A DNA stretch of 64,000 nucleotides from Cenarchaeum sp. (GCA_965212015.1 OZ243037.1:640001-704000), one strand, 5' to 3'. Shown: positions 49,409-60,210, counted from the first letter of the stretch. A program made the numbers and translations. The notes: generated by a model not told the origin, from the sequence alone.

Positions 49409-50092
49409 ATGGATGTAAGCACGGCCAGATTCTCCTTTGAGGGTGAAAAGTTTGAAATCCTCGTCAAGCCCGATCCCGCCCTCGACTACAAGCTGGGCAA
49501 AAAAAAGGACGTCTCCTCCGTGCTGGTATCTGACGATATTTACACAGACTCGGGAAGGGGCACCAAGCCGTCCGCAGAAAAGCTGCTAAAGGCGTTCAAG
49601 ACGGCAGACTCGCTTGCAATTGCAGAGATAATCCTCAAAAAAGGCAGCCTCAACCTTACCACCGATCAAAGGCGCAAGATGGTAGAGGCAAAGAGAAGGC
49701 AGATTGTAGATCACATCGCCAAGACCTTTGTAGACCCGCGATCACACCTGCCGCATCCCCCGCTAAGAATCGAGCAGGCATTCAAGGACGGCAGGATTCT
49801 AGTGGATCCCCAGAAAAACGCCGAAGAGCAGGTCAAGGAAATAGTCGAAAAGCTCCGGAGCATAATCCCGCTAAAGTCCGAAAATCTGGACCTTGAGATC
49901 ATTGTACCTGCGCAGTATGCGGCACAGTCATACTCTGTCCTGAAATCCACCGGCACCCTAAAGGGGGAGGATTGGCTTACAAACGGTTCTCTCAAAGCAA
50001 TACTTGAAATACCGGCGGCGGCAAGGCCAAATGTGATAGACAGATTAAACTCTATAACCAAGGGAACTGCGACAGTTGAGGTAGTGCAGTGA
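49409..50092 (+). CDS. Ribosome maturation factor SBDS/Sdo1
   Basis: GEKFEILV, PHPPLRIE. Confidence 0.93.
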   Translation: MDVSTARFSFEGEKFEILVKPDPALDYKLGKKKDVSSVLVSDDIYTDSGRGTKPSAEKLLKAFKTADSLAIAEIILKKGSLNLTTDQRRKMVEAKRRQIVDHIAKTFVDPRSHLPHPPLRIEQAFKDGRILVDPQKNAEEQVKEIVEKLRSIIPLKSENLDLEIIVPAQYAAQSYSVLKSTGTLKGEDWLTNGSLKAILEIPAAARPNVIDRLNSITKGTATVEVVQ

Positions 50093-50763
50093 TGGATAAC
50101 AAAAGACAGGTAATCCCCGGCGATGTAATCACCACCGGCTCATACAAGCCTGATCAAAACACCGTGCTAGACGGCGACAGGGTCATGGCGACTGTCACGG
50201 GAATCAGCGAGATTGTCGATGACTCTGTCAGGGTCATACCGCTTACCGGAATGTACTATCCCAAAGTCAACGATTTGGTAATCGGCAAGGTCATATCGCA
50301 CACCTCCCTTTCGTGGGAGCTTGACATCAATTCCTGCTATGTCGGGTTTCTGCCGGCACAGGACGTGTTTGGACGCGATTTTTCGGCCCATGCAGACGAG
50401 CTTACCTCAAAGCTTGGCAAGGGCGATCTGGTGGCGGCCAGGGTTGCCAATTTTGACAGGACGCGCGATCCCCTGATTACCATCTCAGACAGGGAGCTAG
50501 GAAAGATCGACGCAGGCGAGCTTTTGAGCATCTCTCCAGGCAAGATACCGCGCCTGATCGGAAAGCGAGGAACCATGATTCAGACAATAGAGACGGCCAC
50601 CGGTGCAGCTGTCACCATAGGCCAGAACGGATGGATAGTGATCTCGTCTGAAAATCCCGATGGCTTATTAAAGGCCAAAAAGGCAATAACCATGATTGAA
50701 GAACAGGCACATATTGCGAATCTTACCGATCGTATCAAAGATATGCTAGAGTCAAATGGGTGA
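50089..50763 (+). CDS. rrp4: Exosome complex RNA-binding protein Rrp4
   Basis: S1 + KH (IPRLIGKRG). Confidence 0.93.
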   Translation: MMDNKRQVIPGDVITTGSYKPDQNTVLDGDRVMATVTGISEIVDDSVRVIPLTGMYYPKVNDLVIGKVISHTSLSWELDINSCYVGFLPAQDVFGRDFSAHADELTSKLGKGDLVAARVANFDRTRDPLITISDRELGKIDAGELLSISPGKIPRLIGKRGTMIQTIETATGAAVTIGQNGWIVISSENPDGLLKAKKAITMIEEQAHIANLTDRIKDMLESNG

Positions 50764-50769
50764 ATAGAG

Positions 50770-51507
50770 ATGGGCGGAAGAGACACAGATATTGTTTTAC
50801 TTGACAAGGACGGAATACGGTGTGACGGCCGAAAGGTAAACGAGACCAGAAAGGTCACCATAAAGGCAGGCGTCCTAAAGAACGCAAACGGCTCGGCGTA
50901 TATCGAGTTTGGTGAAAACAAGATTCTGGCGGGGATCTTTGGCCCGCGTGACGTACATCCAAAGCACATGTCAGACACCGACACGGGAATCCTGCGATGC
51001 AGGTACCACATGTCGCCTTTTTCAGTAACGGAGAGAAAAAACCCCGCACCGTCAAGGCGGGAGATTGAAATCTCAAAGGTAATCAAGGAGGCCCTAGAGC
51101 CGGCCGTAATGCTCGAGCAGTTTCCCAGAACGGCAGTGGACGTCTATATAGAGGTGCTTCAGGCAGACGGGGGCTCTAGGTGTGCCGCACTGGATGCTGC
51201 GTCCGTAGCGCTAGCCGATGCCGGAATCCCAATGCGCGACATGGTCTGTGCGTGTGCCGCAGGCAAGGTGGCAGACACCATCGTGCTTGACGTAAACAAC
51301 GAGGAGGATCAGGCAGGACAGGCAGACATGCCCGTGGGATACATGCCAAACCTGGACAAGGTCACGCTCATACAGCTAGACGGCGTCCTTACCCCCGACG
51401 AGTACAAAAAATGCGTCCAGACTGCGATTGACGGATGCAAGCAGGTATACGAGGTTCAAAAAAACGCGCTAAACGAGAGATTCTTTTCTGACGGGGACGG
51501 CAAGTAA
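50770..51507 (+). CDS. rrp41: Exosome complex exonuclease Rrp41
   Basis: RCDGR, GSAYIE, SRREIEIS, ADGGSR. Confidence 0.95.
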   Translation: MGGRDTDIVLLDKDGIRCDGRKVNETRKVTIKAGVLKNANGSAYIEFGENKILAGIFGPRDVHPKHMSDTDTGILRCRYHMSPFSVTERKNPAPSRREIEISKVIKEALEPAVMLEQFPRTAVDVYIEVLQADGGSRCAALDAASVALADAGIPMRDMVCACAAGKVADTIVLDVNNEEDQAGQADMPVGYMPNLDKVTLIQLDGVLTPDEYKKCVQTAIDGCKQVYEVQKNALNERFFSDGDGK

Positions 51508-52319
51508 TGGCCCACACATCAGTCATTGACGATCTGAAAAGATCAAAGATTATCGAACTGCTAGAGCAGGGAAAGCGAGTCGACGGCAGGGCCCCCGAGG
51601 AGGTCCGTCCGCTAAAGATTCAGACCGGCGCGATTCCAAAGGCAAACGGCTCTGCACGGGTTTTTCTGGGCAACACCGAGGTTGTAACGGGGATAAAGGT
51701 ACAGCCAGACAGGCCGTTTCCCGACACCGGAGACAGGGGGATATTCATCTGCACCGCCGAAATTCTGCCCCTCGCCCATCCGGATATCGAGACTGGGCCC
51801 CCCAATCCCGCAGTCATCGAGCTGGCGCGCGTAGTCGACAGGGGAATCAGGGAGAGCGGCATGATAGACCTCTCGCAGCTGGTCCTGGTGAAAAACAAGT
51901 CCGTCATCGGGGTCTTTTCTGACAACAGTGTGGTTGACGTCGACGGGAATCTTTTTGATGCGTGCTCGTACGCATCGACTGCCGCAATCCTTACGACAAA
52001 GATTCCAAAGTGGGAGATCAAAGACGACGCCCCGACGCTCGTCGAGGGCGAGGAATCCGCCGCGCCGATAACGACCATTCCGGTATCTGTCACCATGGCA
52101 AAGATCAACGACCACATACTGGTGGATCCCAACCAGGACGAATGGGACGTAATGGACGCCAGGGTCACCATAACTACCAATTCCGACGGAAACATATGCG
52201 CGCTGCAAAAGGGCGGCAAGCACGGCTTTACCTATGACGAGCTGGTCCGGTGCGGCGAGATATCCGTGGCAACCGGCGCCAAAATCCGCGACACGATCAA
52301 AAACAGCGCGGGTGCTTGA
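51507..52319 (+). CDS. rrp42: Exosome complex component Rrp42
   Basis: RVDGR, ELARVVDRGIRES, DGNLFDA. Confidence 0.95.
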   Translation: MAHTSVIDDLKRSKIIELLEQGKRVDGRAPEEVRPLKIQTGAIPKANGSARVFLGNTEVVTGIKVQPDRPFPDTGDRGIFICTAEILPLAHPDIETGPPNPAVIELARVVDRGIRESGMIDLSQLVLVKNKSVIGVFSDNSVVDVDGNLFDACSYASTAAILTTKIPKWEIKDDAPTLVEGEESAAPITTIPVSVTMAKINDHILVDPNQDEWDVMDARVTITTNSDGNICALQKGGKHGFTYDELVRCGEISVATGAKIRDTIKNSAGA

Positions 52320-52322
52320 TTA

Positions 52323-52532
52323 TTGGCAAAAAAAAAATCACTAAAGGGCCTTGGCGCAAGATACGGGATCAAAATCCGCAAGGAATACACAAAGACGCAC
52401 ATGAAGCTAAAGGAAAAGCGGACGTGCCCCGAATGCGGCTCGAAACAGTTCTCAAGAAGGGCAGTCGGGATATGGGCGTGCAAAAAATGCAACCTAAAGA
52501 TAGCGGGTACCGCATATGACATCAAGCTTTAG
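52323..52532 (+). CDS. rpl37ae: 50S ribosomal protein L37ae
   Basis: GARYG, CPEC, GIWACKKC. Confidence 0.93.
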   Translation: MAKKKSLKGLGARYGIKIRKEYTKTHMKLKEKRTCPECGSKQFSRRAVGIWACKKCNLKIAGTAYDIKL

Positions 52533-52758
52533 GGCCAGAATCACGATTGACGCAAAAGAGAACACTGGGGCGATTTTCGACTCGCTAAACACCGACAACA
52601 GGTTTCATCCGGAAGACTCTGCCAATACCATGTCCGGCGGCGATGCCATCTCAATAGACATAGAATCGGGGCAGATCTCGCATTTGCGCGCAAACCTCAA
52701 CTCCATTCTGAGACTAGTCCAGGCCGGCCATGACGCCATCGAGTCAGTAAAGGTATAA
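52516..52758 (+). CDS. pcc1: KEOPS complex subunit Pcc1
   Basis: LRANLNSILRL; conserved position in exosome superoperon. Confidence 0.75.
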   Translation: MTSSFRARITIDAKENTGAIFDSLNTDNRFHPEDSANTMSGGDAISIDIESGQISHLRANLNSILRLVQAGHDAIESVKV

Positions 52759-52783
52759 AAAAAGCGGCGATTCTAGGCATGTC

Positions 52784-53164
52784 ATGTCAGGACAGCAAAT
52801 CCCACCGTGGCTGCAAGAACAGATAGCAAAGATGCAACAGGCACAGCAGAGCCTCCAGTCCATCCTTGCCCAAAAGCAGCACCTCGAGATGGAAAAGCTA
52901 GAGTCAGAAAAGGCCCTGGCGGAGCTAAAAAAGGCCTCTGATGAGGACACCGTATACAAGCATTCTGGCTCCATCCTGATAAGGTCCAAAAAGACCGACC
53001 TGCTCGGTGAGCTGGACGAAAAGAGGGAAATGTGCGAGACGCGCTTTAAGGTGATAACAAAGCAGGAGGAGAGAATCAAGGAAAGCATAAAGGAGCAGGA
53101 GGCCAAGATCAACGAGATGATAAAGGGCGCATCGCAGCCCCCGCAGACAAAACCTCCACAATAA
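52784..53164 (+). CDS. pfdB: Prefoldin beta subunit
   Basis: Coiled coils, VYKHSGSILI. Confidence 0.9.
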   Translation: MSGQQIPPWLQEQIAKMQQAQQSLQSILAQKQHLEMEKLESEKALAELKKASDEDTVYKHSGSILIRSKKTDLLGELDEKREMCETRFKVITKQEERIKESIKEQEAKINEMIKGASQPPQTKPPQ

Positions 53165-53190
53165 TATATCGAGTGTTACCATTACAGGCC

Positions 53191-53880
53191 GTGAATCTGG
53201 CCGGACTTCGTATAGTCGTAGACGAGCGGGAGAAAAAAAGCGGAATTCCCGACCTGCTCAGAAAGGTGGGCATCGGCATGGAAGTCAAAATGCTGCCCGT
53301 CGGGGACTATGTCGTGGCCCCCGAGACGGTAGTCGAGAGAAAAAGCCTGCCGGACTTGGTCTCGTCTGTCTTTGACGGGCGGCTCTTTGATCAGTGCAGC
53401 AGGCTAAAGGAGAATTTCAAGTTTCCAATAATACTGATGGAGGGAAACGTCGACGAGATTGAAAACATTACCGAAAATCCCCTGGTCTTTTACGGCGCAG
53501 TGTCGCGCATTGCGCTTGATTTCAAGATACCGATAATTCCCACCCCCAGCGCCACCCACACTGCAAAACTGCTAGTCTCCATGTGCATGAGAAGGGAGAA
53601 CGCTGGCGGGCCGTTTCTCAAAAAGATAAAAAAGTCAGGCAACGTGCAGGTGCAGCAGCTCTCCGCCCTCTCCAGCATGCCCGGAGTCGGCGAAAAGCTT
53701 GCGATACGAATGCTGGAAAGGTTCGGGACCCCGCTGCGGGTCTTTAACGCCTCGCTGGCAGAGCTGGCAAAAATCGACGGCCTGGGGGAGGCCAGGGCCA
53801 AGAAAATCAAAAACATGCTCGGGAAAAAAAGCACGCACTATAAAAAAACCAGCCAAAAGACGCTCCATGATCTGACATAA
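53191..53880 (+). CDS. xpf: ERCC4/XPF structure-specific endonuclease
   Basis: VDERE, GDY, VERKS, tandem HhH. Confidence 0.9.
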   Translation: MNLAGLRIVVDEREKKSGIPDLLRKVGIGMEVKMLPVGDYVVAPETVVERKSLPDLVSSVFDGRLFDQCSRLKENFKFPIILMEGNVDEIENITENPLVFYGAVSRIALDFKIPIIPTPSATHTAKLLVSMCMRRENAGGPFLKKIKKSGNVQVQQLSALSSMPGVGEKLAIRMLERFGTPLRVFNASLAELAKIDGLGEARAKKIKNMLGKKSTHYKKTSQKTLHDLT

Positions 53881-53887
53881 ATTAGCT

Positions 53888-54664
53888 GTGCGGCGGCCCT
53901 TGGACATGCTGGTCTCCTACGAGTGGCTAAGGGATCACGCCGACGATCCTGATCTGATGGTCGTCGACTCTAGATCCGGCGTGTCATACAGTTACGGTCA
54001 TCTGAAAAACTCTGTCCGGCTCGGCATGGAGGACGTAATTACGACTGACAAATACGGCTCGAATCTGGCCGCGCCGGCAGACTCGATATCTGCCGTTCTG
54101 GGACGCCTGGGCATCGACGGGCAAAAGACGCTGGTGGTGACCGGGGATTTCATGGATCCCTCGGCTGCCCGAATCCTCTGGACCCTGCAGTATATGGGGC
54201 ATCAAAAAACCGCACTCTTGAGGGAGAGCTTTGGGCAGCTCCGGGGACTGGGTGCGGAGCTTACGCGGGAGCGATCCTGCTTTGCGCCGGCCGTATTTCA
54301 CGCCAAACCCGATCCCGGGATCAGGATTGATGCCGGCCCGCTAAAGGACAGTCCCTCAGAATTTTCGCTAATAGATGCGCGCTCGCCGCAGGAATTCATG
54401 CACGGCCACATTCCCGGCGCCACCCTGATCCCGTTTACCGACGGGATCGGCCAGGACGGGGACATGTTTTTGCCAAAGCAAAAGCTGGAAAAGCTCTTTG
54501 CGCAAAAGGGCGTCTCAGATGACAGGGAGCTAGTCTGCTACTGCATGCACGGCCACAGGGCATCTAGCATGTTTTACCAGCTAAAGCTCGCCGGATTCTC
54601 GCGCGTCAGGCTCTATGACGGCTCATTTGTCCAGTGGTATGGAATGGGGCTGGCCACGGAGTAG
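53888..54664 (+). CDS. Tandem-domain rhodanese sulfurtransferase
   Basis: GHIPGA, YCMHGHRAS, LYDGSF.QW. Confidence 0.88.
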   Translation: MRRPLDMLVSYEWLRDHADDPDLMVVDSRSGVSYSYGHLKNSVRLGMEDVITTDKYGSNLAAPADSISAVLGRLGIDGQKTLVVTGDFMDPSAARILWTLQYMGHQKTALLRESFGQLRGLGAELTRERSCFAPAVFHAKPDPGIRIDAGPLKDSPSEFSLIDARSPQEFMHGHIPGATLIPFTDGIGQDGDMFLPKQKLEKLFAQKGVSDDRELVCYCMHGHRASSMFYQLKLAGFSRVRLYDGSFVQWYGMGLATE

Positions 54665-55129
54665 CTTTTTTTTCAGGGGATTTCCGCACCGCGGGCACCT
54701 GGTGGCCTCTGGGAACTGCGCCTTGCAGCCAGTACAGTAGCGAATCCACCTCCCCGCGTTCCTGATGCCAGACGTCATTACCGGCAGGGTTTTGATTCCC
54801 AGGCTTGCCGCCACGTTAGATACTGCAAAGTCATCCGTGATTATCTGGCCTTGCAGCTCCAGACACAGCGCAAGTATCGAGACGTCGCCCTCTGAGAGCT
54901 CTTGCATGTCGCCGCTTTCCCTTGCGCGCACCCTGATTTTTGAGACAAAGCCGGAATCCGGCTCCCTTACTATCAGCCGCCTGGTCTCAATCAGGGTCCT
55001 TAGCGCCTCGTGGCTTTTCTTTATGTGCTGTATTTCATCGAGGATCAGCTGCGTGGTGTGGTGCTGTTCTGGCGAGCCAAACGGTATTCCCGCATAAAAC
55101 GCACTTGCATCCAGGACCCTGACTGCCAA
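54623..55129 (-). CDS. nob1: Nob1 PIN-domain rRNA endonuclease
   Basis: VLDASAF, LSEGD, ITDDF, C-terminal Zn ribbon. Confidence 0.88.
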   Translation of the reverse strand: MAVRVLDASAFYAGIPFGSPEQHHTTQLILDEIQHIKKSHEALRTLIETRRLIVREPDSGFVSKIRVRARESGDMQELSEGDVSILALCLELQGQIITDDFAVSNVAASLGIKTLPVMTSGIRNAGRWIRYCTGCKAQFPEATRCPRCGNPLKKKLLRGQPHSIPLDK

Positions 55130-55465
55130 CCTACCGCAACCTTGATCCAGTCATTTCATCTGCTGTCGCGGCAAGCCAATTTATGCCTTTGATGGGCGGC
55201 GCCCTGTTTGCGGCCAGGGCGGGCTTTGTGCGCCCCTGCCTGCCACGCAGGCAGTACGGCGCAGAATCCATGCATCGGCAGACTGGTGGTCCGTCGCGGT
55301 AATTTCCGCCCGACTGCGGCGCCTGCCGGATTCTGGCGCATGCCTGGCAGGCCGGCACGGGCCGTGGCCTGCCGCAGGCACCTGTCGCGGACTGTAGACC
55401 CGGGCCCAAAAGCGGCGTTTTTGCGAAAATTCGCCGATTCGGAAACATTTATCACGTATTGATTT

Positions 55466-55825
55466 GTGGTATTTTTTATGGAAGTAGAAATTGCAGTACG
55501 AAAAATACTGGCACTTAGTCCTTCTGTTCGCGTGGTAACGATCTGTGACATGACCGGAAAACTGGTTTTTTCAGGACGCAGAAAGACTGTAAAAAACGCA
55601 CTGACTCCATCTGAGAGCAAACAGTCGCTAAAGGCATCCGCTAGAAACATGAAGGGCCGCAAAGCACTTGCAAGAAAACTCGGCAAGTGCAAATACACCC
55701 TGGCCGAATACGACAAGGTAAAACGACTGGTAATGCCTGCGGGCAGATCACACCTGTTTTTCATCACGTGTTCTCCCGGCTATGACCACACAAAGATAGT
55801 CCGCAAAGTAAGGGCCATGAAGTAG
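55466..55825 (+). CDS. Thaumarchaeal DUF6659/roadblock-like protein
   Basis: VRVVTICDMTG, LGKCKYTLAEYDKVKR; similar pattern to 37591-37968. Confidence 0.7.
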   Translation: MVFFMEVEIAVRKILALSPSVRVVTICDMTGKLVFSGRRKTVKNALTPSESKQSLKASARNMKGRKALARKLGKCKYTLAEYDKVKRLVMPAGRSHLFFITCSPGYDHTKIVRKVRAMK

Positions 55826-55973
55826 GAATTGGGACGATAATTCCTTTTTATATTTTTCAAAACAGGCAGGCATCTGCCATGCGCCATTCGGGCGGGGACG
55901 TGCCAGGTGTTGACACACTGTCAGCTCTTATTCAATGCCATGGATTTTATTATTTTGCCGCAGGTTACAGTGC

Positions 55974-56105
55974 ATGAAGGCGAGATTTTCCTCACCGTGC
56001 CCGTCATGCGGGGATCAGATCAAGCAGGGCAAGGAGATTGCAAAGGACGATTCTGACAGGTGGGTACACGAACACTGCGTAGAGACGACTGCCGATCTCC
56101 CGTAA
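55974..56105 (+). CDS. Small zinc-finger protein (43 aa, not in ORF track)
   Basis: MKARFSSPCPSCGDQIKQGKEIAKDDSDRWVHEHCVETTADLP: CxxC...HxxC; TTTTATTA upstream. Confidence 0.75.
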   Translation: MKARFSSPCPSCGDQIKQGKEIAKDDSDRWVHEHCVETTADLP

Positions 56106-56196
56106 CCGTTTTTTATAAAGCGGCACGATGCCGGCCGGATTCCCCGGCTAGCAACAGGTTCAAAAACATGAATAGGGCTATCAAATACGGGTACAA

Positions 56197-57222
56197 ATGG
56201 GTCTGGATCTAAAGTCGCTGGTAGTCAGGGAAAGGACAAAGCTAGAGTCATTCACCTCAAGGATAGTCGCAATCGACGCATACAATGCAATCTATCAGTT
56301 TTTGGCCATCATAAGGGGTCCCGATGGCATGCACCTTGCCGATTCGCGCGGAAGGGTGACGAGCCACCTTAGCGGCCTGCTATACAGGAATGTCAACTAT
56401 CTGTCGCTGGGAATAAAACCCGTCTATGTGTTTGACGGCAAGCCGCCGTCGATGAAATCCGCCGAGATCGAGCGCCGAAGGCAGATCAAAAAGGACGCCA
56501 CCGTAAAATATCAAAAGGCCGTGGACGCAGGAAACATGGAGGACGCCAGAAAATTCGCGCAGCAGACTACTGCAATGAAGGACGGAATGGTGGACGATTC
56601 CAAGAAAATTCTGGGACTGTTTGGCATCCCGTTTATCGACGCCCCCTCAGAAGGCGAGGCCACTGCTGCATACCTGACGCAGACCGGCGGCGCGTACGCC
56701 TCTGCAAGCCAGGACTTTGACTCTGTCCTGTTTGGGGCAAAAAAACTCGTGAGAAATTTCACCAACAGCGGCAGGAGAAAGATCCCCAACAGGAACACCT
56801 ACATCGACGTCGAGCCAGAAATAATCGACACGCAAAAAACCCTTGACAGCCTGGGACTGACGCGCGAGCAGCTGGTGGACGTGGGCATACTGATCGGGAC
56901 TGATTTCAACCCGGACGGCTTTGAGAGAATCGGGCCAAAGACGGCCCTCAAGATGATAAAAGAGCACCGCAAGCTAGAAGGGATTCCCAAGATACAAGAC
57001 CAGCTGCGGCAAGTCGATTACGAGCAGATCCGCGAAATCTTTTTGTCGCCGCAGGTGCCTGATGCGCCTGAAATCCGGTTCGGCGAGGTGGATTATGACG
57101 GAATCACCGAGTACCTGTCAGGGCAGCGAAGCTTTTCTGCAGACAGGGTGGCCTCGTCGCTCAACAGGCTCAAAAAGGCGATGGAAAAAAAGGGCCAGAA
57201 TCTGGACAAATGGTTCCAGTAG
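56197..57222 (+). CDS. fen: Flap endonuclease 1
   Basis: [25 protein letters not shown]-terminal PIP box QNLDKWF. Confidence 0.96.
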   Translation: MGLDLKSLVVRERTKLESFTSRIVAIDAYNAIYQFLAIIRGPDGMHLADSRGRVTSHLSGLLYRNVNYLSLGIKPVYVFDGKPPSMKSAEIERRRQIKKDATVKYQKAVDAGNMEDARKFAQQTTAMKDGMVDDSKKILGLFGIPFIDAPSEGEATAAYLTQTGGAYASASQDFDSVLFGAKKLVRNFTNSGRRKIPNRNTYIDVEPEIIDTQKTLDSLGLTREQLVDVGILIGTDFNPDGFERIGPKTALKMIKEHRKLEGIPKIQDQLRQVDYEQIREIFLSPQVPDAPEIRFGEVDYDGITEYLSGQRSFSADRVASSLNRLKKAMEKKGQNLDKWFQ

Positions 57223-57229
57223 AACAAGG

Positions 57230-58093
57230 CTAGCTTGGGGAATAATCCTTGGCCTTTGATGCCAGTCCACGGGCCTGTGCGTCTGCCTTTTGCAGGATTT
57301 GCTCCCTGGTCTCGTCGGTGACAAATGCCGATTCCATACAAAGCGATACTGCGTGCTGCATTGCCCTTGCAAGTATCTGCCCTGCGTTTTCTGGCGTGGC
57401 GTATGCCGCCTCTATTGACAGCGACACGGCCGCCTGATGCAGCCGGGCAATCTCGCTTTTCGTGCCCTCAACGTCCACCGTGAGATCCTCGCCGGTATAC
57501 TCGAGTCCGCCCTCCAGCGCCGAATCCAGCGTGATCTTTGCCTCCACCGGCTTTATGTCAAGCTTGCCTAGCAGCGGCGCAAGCTTTGCGTTTATTGGCT
57601 CGCCCTTTTTGACTGGGACAGAGTCCTTTACTATCCAGATGGTTCCCTGGTCGATCTTTGTCGGGATGCCGGCCTCCTTGAACTCTGTAAGCATCGGCCC
57701 GGGGGCGATTCCGGTGTTCTTTGCGGGCACCACAACGTCCATGCTTGCAATGTCCCCCGCCCTTGCCGGCATCATGATCCTGTTTTTTGCCAGCAGCACG
57801 CTTAGCTTGAAGGGCGACATGTCGGTAAACATAAACATGTACTGGCCGGCAAGCTTGTCGAACATTCCTATTCCCGGCACGTCCAGATCCTTTAGGGCCT
57901 TTTTTGCGACCTTGTTTTTGATGCTGACAAACTCTACCTCGCCCTTTAGCTTTTTTCGCAGCGGCAGGATTTGCGAGGCGCGGATCTTTGCCATCTTTAC
58001 CAGGGCAGTCACCTTGTATTTTTTCGGAAGCTCCTGCATCTGGGTGTGTATCTGCACCTTTCTCTTGGGATAATCGGTCCTGTCTGCGCGCAT
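57230..58093 (-). CDS. rpl10: 50S ribosomal protein L10 (P0)
   Basis: TGIAPGP, GIPTKIDQGTI. Confidence 0.93.
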   Translation of the reverse strand: MRADRTDYPKRKVQIHTQMQELPKKYKVTALVKMAKIRASQILPLRKKLKGEVEFVSIKNKVAKKALKDLDVPGIGMFDKLAGQYMFMFTDMSPFKLSVLLAKNRIMMPARAGDIASMDVVVPAKNTGIAPGPMLTEFKEAGIPTKIDQGTIWIVKDSVPVKKGEPINAKLAPLLGKLDIKPVEAKITLDSALEGGLEYTGEDLTVDVEGTKSEIARLHQAAVSLSIEAAYATPENAGQILARAMQHAVSLCMESAFVTDETREQILQKADAQARGLASKAKDYSPS

Positions 58094-58746
58094 TATTTTT
58101 TCACCTGCGGGATTTGTTTTGCAATCTTGCCCATCGTGGTCTTTATCATTATTTTCTTGATGTTCTTGTCGCCGTTTGGCAGCTTTTTCTCGATCGTATT
58201 GTACACTGCCAGCGCGTTTGAGGCCAGATCCGCATCGTCCATCGTCTCGTCGCCGATCTTGCAGGACATTGAAAGCGACGCCCTGACTCGCACCCTTATC
58301 GACGATTTGAACCGCTCCAGAAACGACTCGATCGGGGCGTTAAACGGGACGGGGGTGGGCATCTTTCCCCTGGGGCCGAGGATCTGTCCGAGTACCTTGC
58401 CCACTATCGGCATCAGCTTTGTGTCTGCCAGAAAAAAGTCGTACCGGTTGATGAACTTTCTTGATTCGCGCTTGTTTGCCCCAAGCTTGTTGAGGGCATC
58501 GGTGTCCACCACCATGTCTGCCTTTGCGTTCTTTGCCTTTACCCCCATGTCCCCCGAGGCCATCACGCAGACAGTCGAGGGCGACTTGGTTTTTGGAAGC
58601 TGGACGGTTTCGTTTATCGCAAACCCCTTTTTTACATCAATGTCCTTGAATACCATGATAAGCTCTATGGCCTGCGTGAATTTTCGCTTCTTTTCGCCGT
58701 CCCTGGCCCTTTTTATCATCTCGACTATCTCTGAATCGTTTACCAA
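58093..58746 (-). CDS. rpl1: 50S ribosomal protein L1
   Basis: RKFTQAIE, LGPRGKMP, KTTMG. Confidence 0.95.
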   Translation of the reverse strand: MVNDSEIVEMIKRARDGEKKRKFTQAIELIMVFKDIDVKKGFAINETVQLPKTKSPSTVCVMASGDMGVKAKNAKADMVVDTDALNKLGANKRESRKFINRYDFFLADTKLMPIVGKVLGQILGPRGKMPTPVPFNAPIESFLERFKSSIRVRVRASLSMSCKIGDETMDDADLASNALAVYNTIEKKLPNGDKNIKKIMIKTTMGKIAKQIPQVKK

Positions 58747-58808
58747 TATGGAAATTTTACCAAAAAACCTACTTAAAATCGTTAACAATCCCCAAGGCCG
58801 TTGTAATG

Positions 58809-59111
58809 TCAGCCAAACAGCGACGAGAGGCCTTCCATGGCCTGCTCTTCGGACTTGCCGTCGTCCTTCTTTTTCTCTTTGGCCTCTGGCTTTGCCTCGC
58901 CTGCCGCCGGTGCGGCCGCAGCTGCGACTGCCGCTACAGGAGCAGCCTTTATCGCCTCGCCTATATCGACGTCGGCAAGAGCCGCCACTAGCGACTTTAC
59001 CTGTGCCTCGTTTACCTCTGCGCCGGACGCCTTTACGACTGAAGCCAAACTGGTCTCAGTTATGTCCTTTTTTAGCTTGTGCAAAAGCAGCGCGGCATAA
59101 ACATATTCCAT
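58809..59111 (-). CDS. rpl12: 50S ribosomal protein L12 (P1)
   Basis: MEYVYAALLLH...GLSSLFG. Confidence 0.95.
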   Translation of the reverse strand: MEYVYAALLLHKLKKDITETSLASVVKASGAEVNEAQVKSLVAALADVDIGEAIKAAPVAAVAAAAAPAAGEAKPEAKEKKKDDGKSEEQAMEGLSSLFG

Positions 59112-59257
59112 TTCTACCGGACTTGGCCTCCGAGAGTAATATAAAACTATCATGCCCGGGGTTTTGCACAAAACCGGGATCGGATGCGGGAGGCCGGTTT
59201 TTCCAGGCCGGCGTCTGAGGCAAAAAATCAGGCCGGATTGCGCGCGCCCGTACGGGC

Positions 59258-59779
59258 CTAGTCCTGTCCCGAGAGGATTCTGAGGCTCCGGCAGATGGAG
59301 TACAGGTTGCGTCTTAGATCCCTGTCTAGCAGCGTGTCCATCTTTTGTTTTAGCGTTCTTTTTGCAGAATCGCGCTCGGCGCCGTGGGAGAGCGACAGGA
59401 CGTTGTTGATGAGCTCCGGAATCTCCTCGCGCACCCAGCCGTCAAATATCGCGTGGGATTTGGGCGAGATCATTACTGCCCTGTCCTGTTTTGCGTCTAT
59501 TGTTCCGGTAAAGTTGTCCTGCTCTATCCTGTAGATTAGCGCAAAGATGCAGTTCTCCGGCGTCGGGTTTTCCAGGATTTCGACGGAGCGCGGGCCCGCC
59601 TTGCTTTGCAGTATCTTGTTTTTCAGGCCCACGGGGTTTATGACGAGTCCGTTGACCCCTATCTCATCCCCCCGGACCCCGGTAATTACGCCAAAGACAA
59701 AGTCGTTATACTCGCCGTTTTTTTTGGCCGCAAACACGTATGCGCCCTCCTTCCAGTCGCCGGGCTTTTTTCCAAACAC
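59258..59779 (-). CDS. Conserved hypothetical protein
   Basis: 173 aa ORF with host-like composition. Confidence 0.7.
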   Translation of the reverse strand: MFGKKPGDWKEGAYVFAAKKNGEYNDFVFGVITGVRGDEIGVNGLVINPVGLKNKILQSKAGPRSVEILENPTPENCIFALIYRIEQDNFTGTIDAKQDRAVMISPKSHAIFDGWVREEIPELINNVLSLSHGAERDSAKRTLKQKMDTLLDRDLRRNLYSICRSLRILSGQD

Positions 59780-59826
59780 GAGTGGTCTGTCCCGATATCG
59801 TATTTAATTCATGGCAGTCGCGCGAC

Positions 59827-60015
59827 TCATAGAAATCCGGGTCCTGCCGCATGATCAGGCGGGCTGCCCTTGTAGCGGATTATTACCGAGACCTGCGGCT
59901 TTTCATTGTGTACGTGGCTTGAGATTCTGATGTCAAGCACCTGCACGTCCTTGATGAACTTGTTTACCGATTTTTCCACTATATAGTCGACGCCGCTAAA
60001 GATCTTTACTGGCAT
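59827..60015 (-). CDS. Small hypothetical protein
   Basis: MPVKIFSG...VNKFI..VLDIRIS...VIIRY; ATATAATAA upstream on the minus strand. Confidence 0.45.
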   Translation of the reverse strand: MPVKIFSGVDYIVEKSVNKFIKDVQVLDIRISSHVHNEKPQVSVIIRYKGSPPDHAAGPGFL

Positions 60016-60210
60016 GCAGGGACTTGGCCTTGGAATTATTATATGCACCTATGGCGTGCCTGCGCCGGCAGGCAGGGGCGGCATCTGCGTGCCAGACCTG
60101 TTTGCGGCATTGTGGCCGGTCTTTTTTGCGGCCTGCCTGCCTTTGGGCGGATTCGGGCATCCCGGGGGCCTTTGGTTTTGTTTTTATTCCCACACAGGCG
60201 AGTCAATCCG

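Noticed and set aside
55131-55460. GC-rich intergenic stretch with short GCAGGC/GCCTGC palindromes (similar at ~60050-60170)
   Set aside because: No regular period, no recognisable RNA family and no credible ORF; not enough support to call a feature
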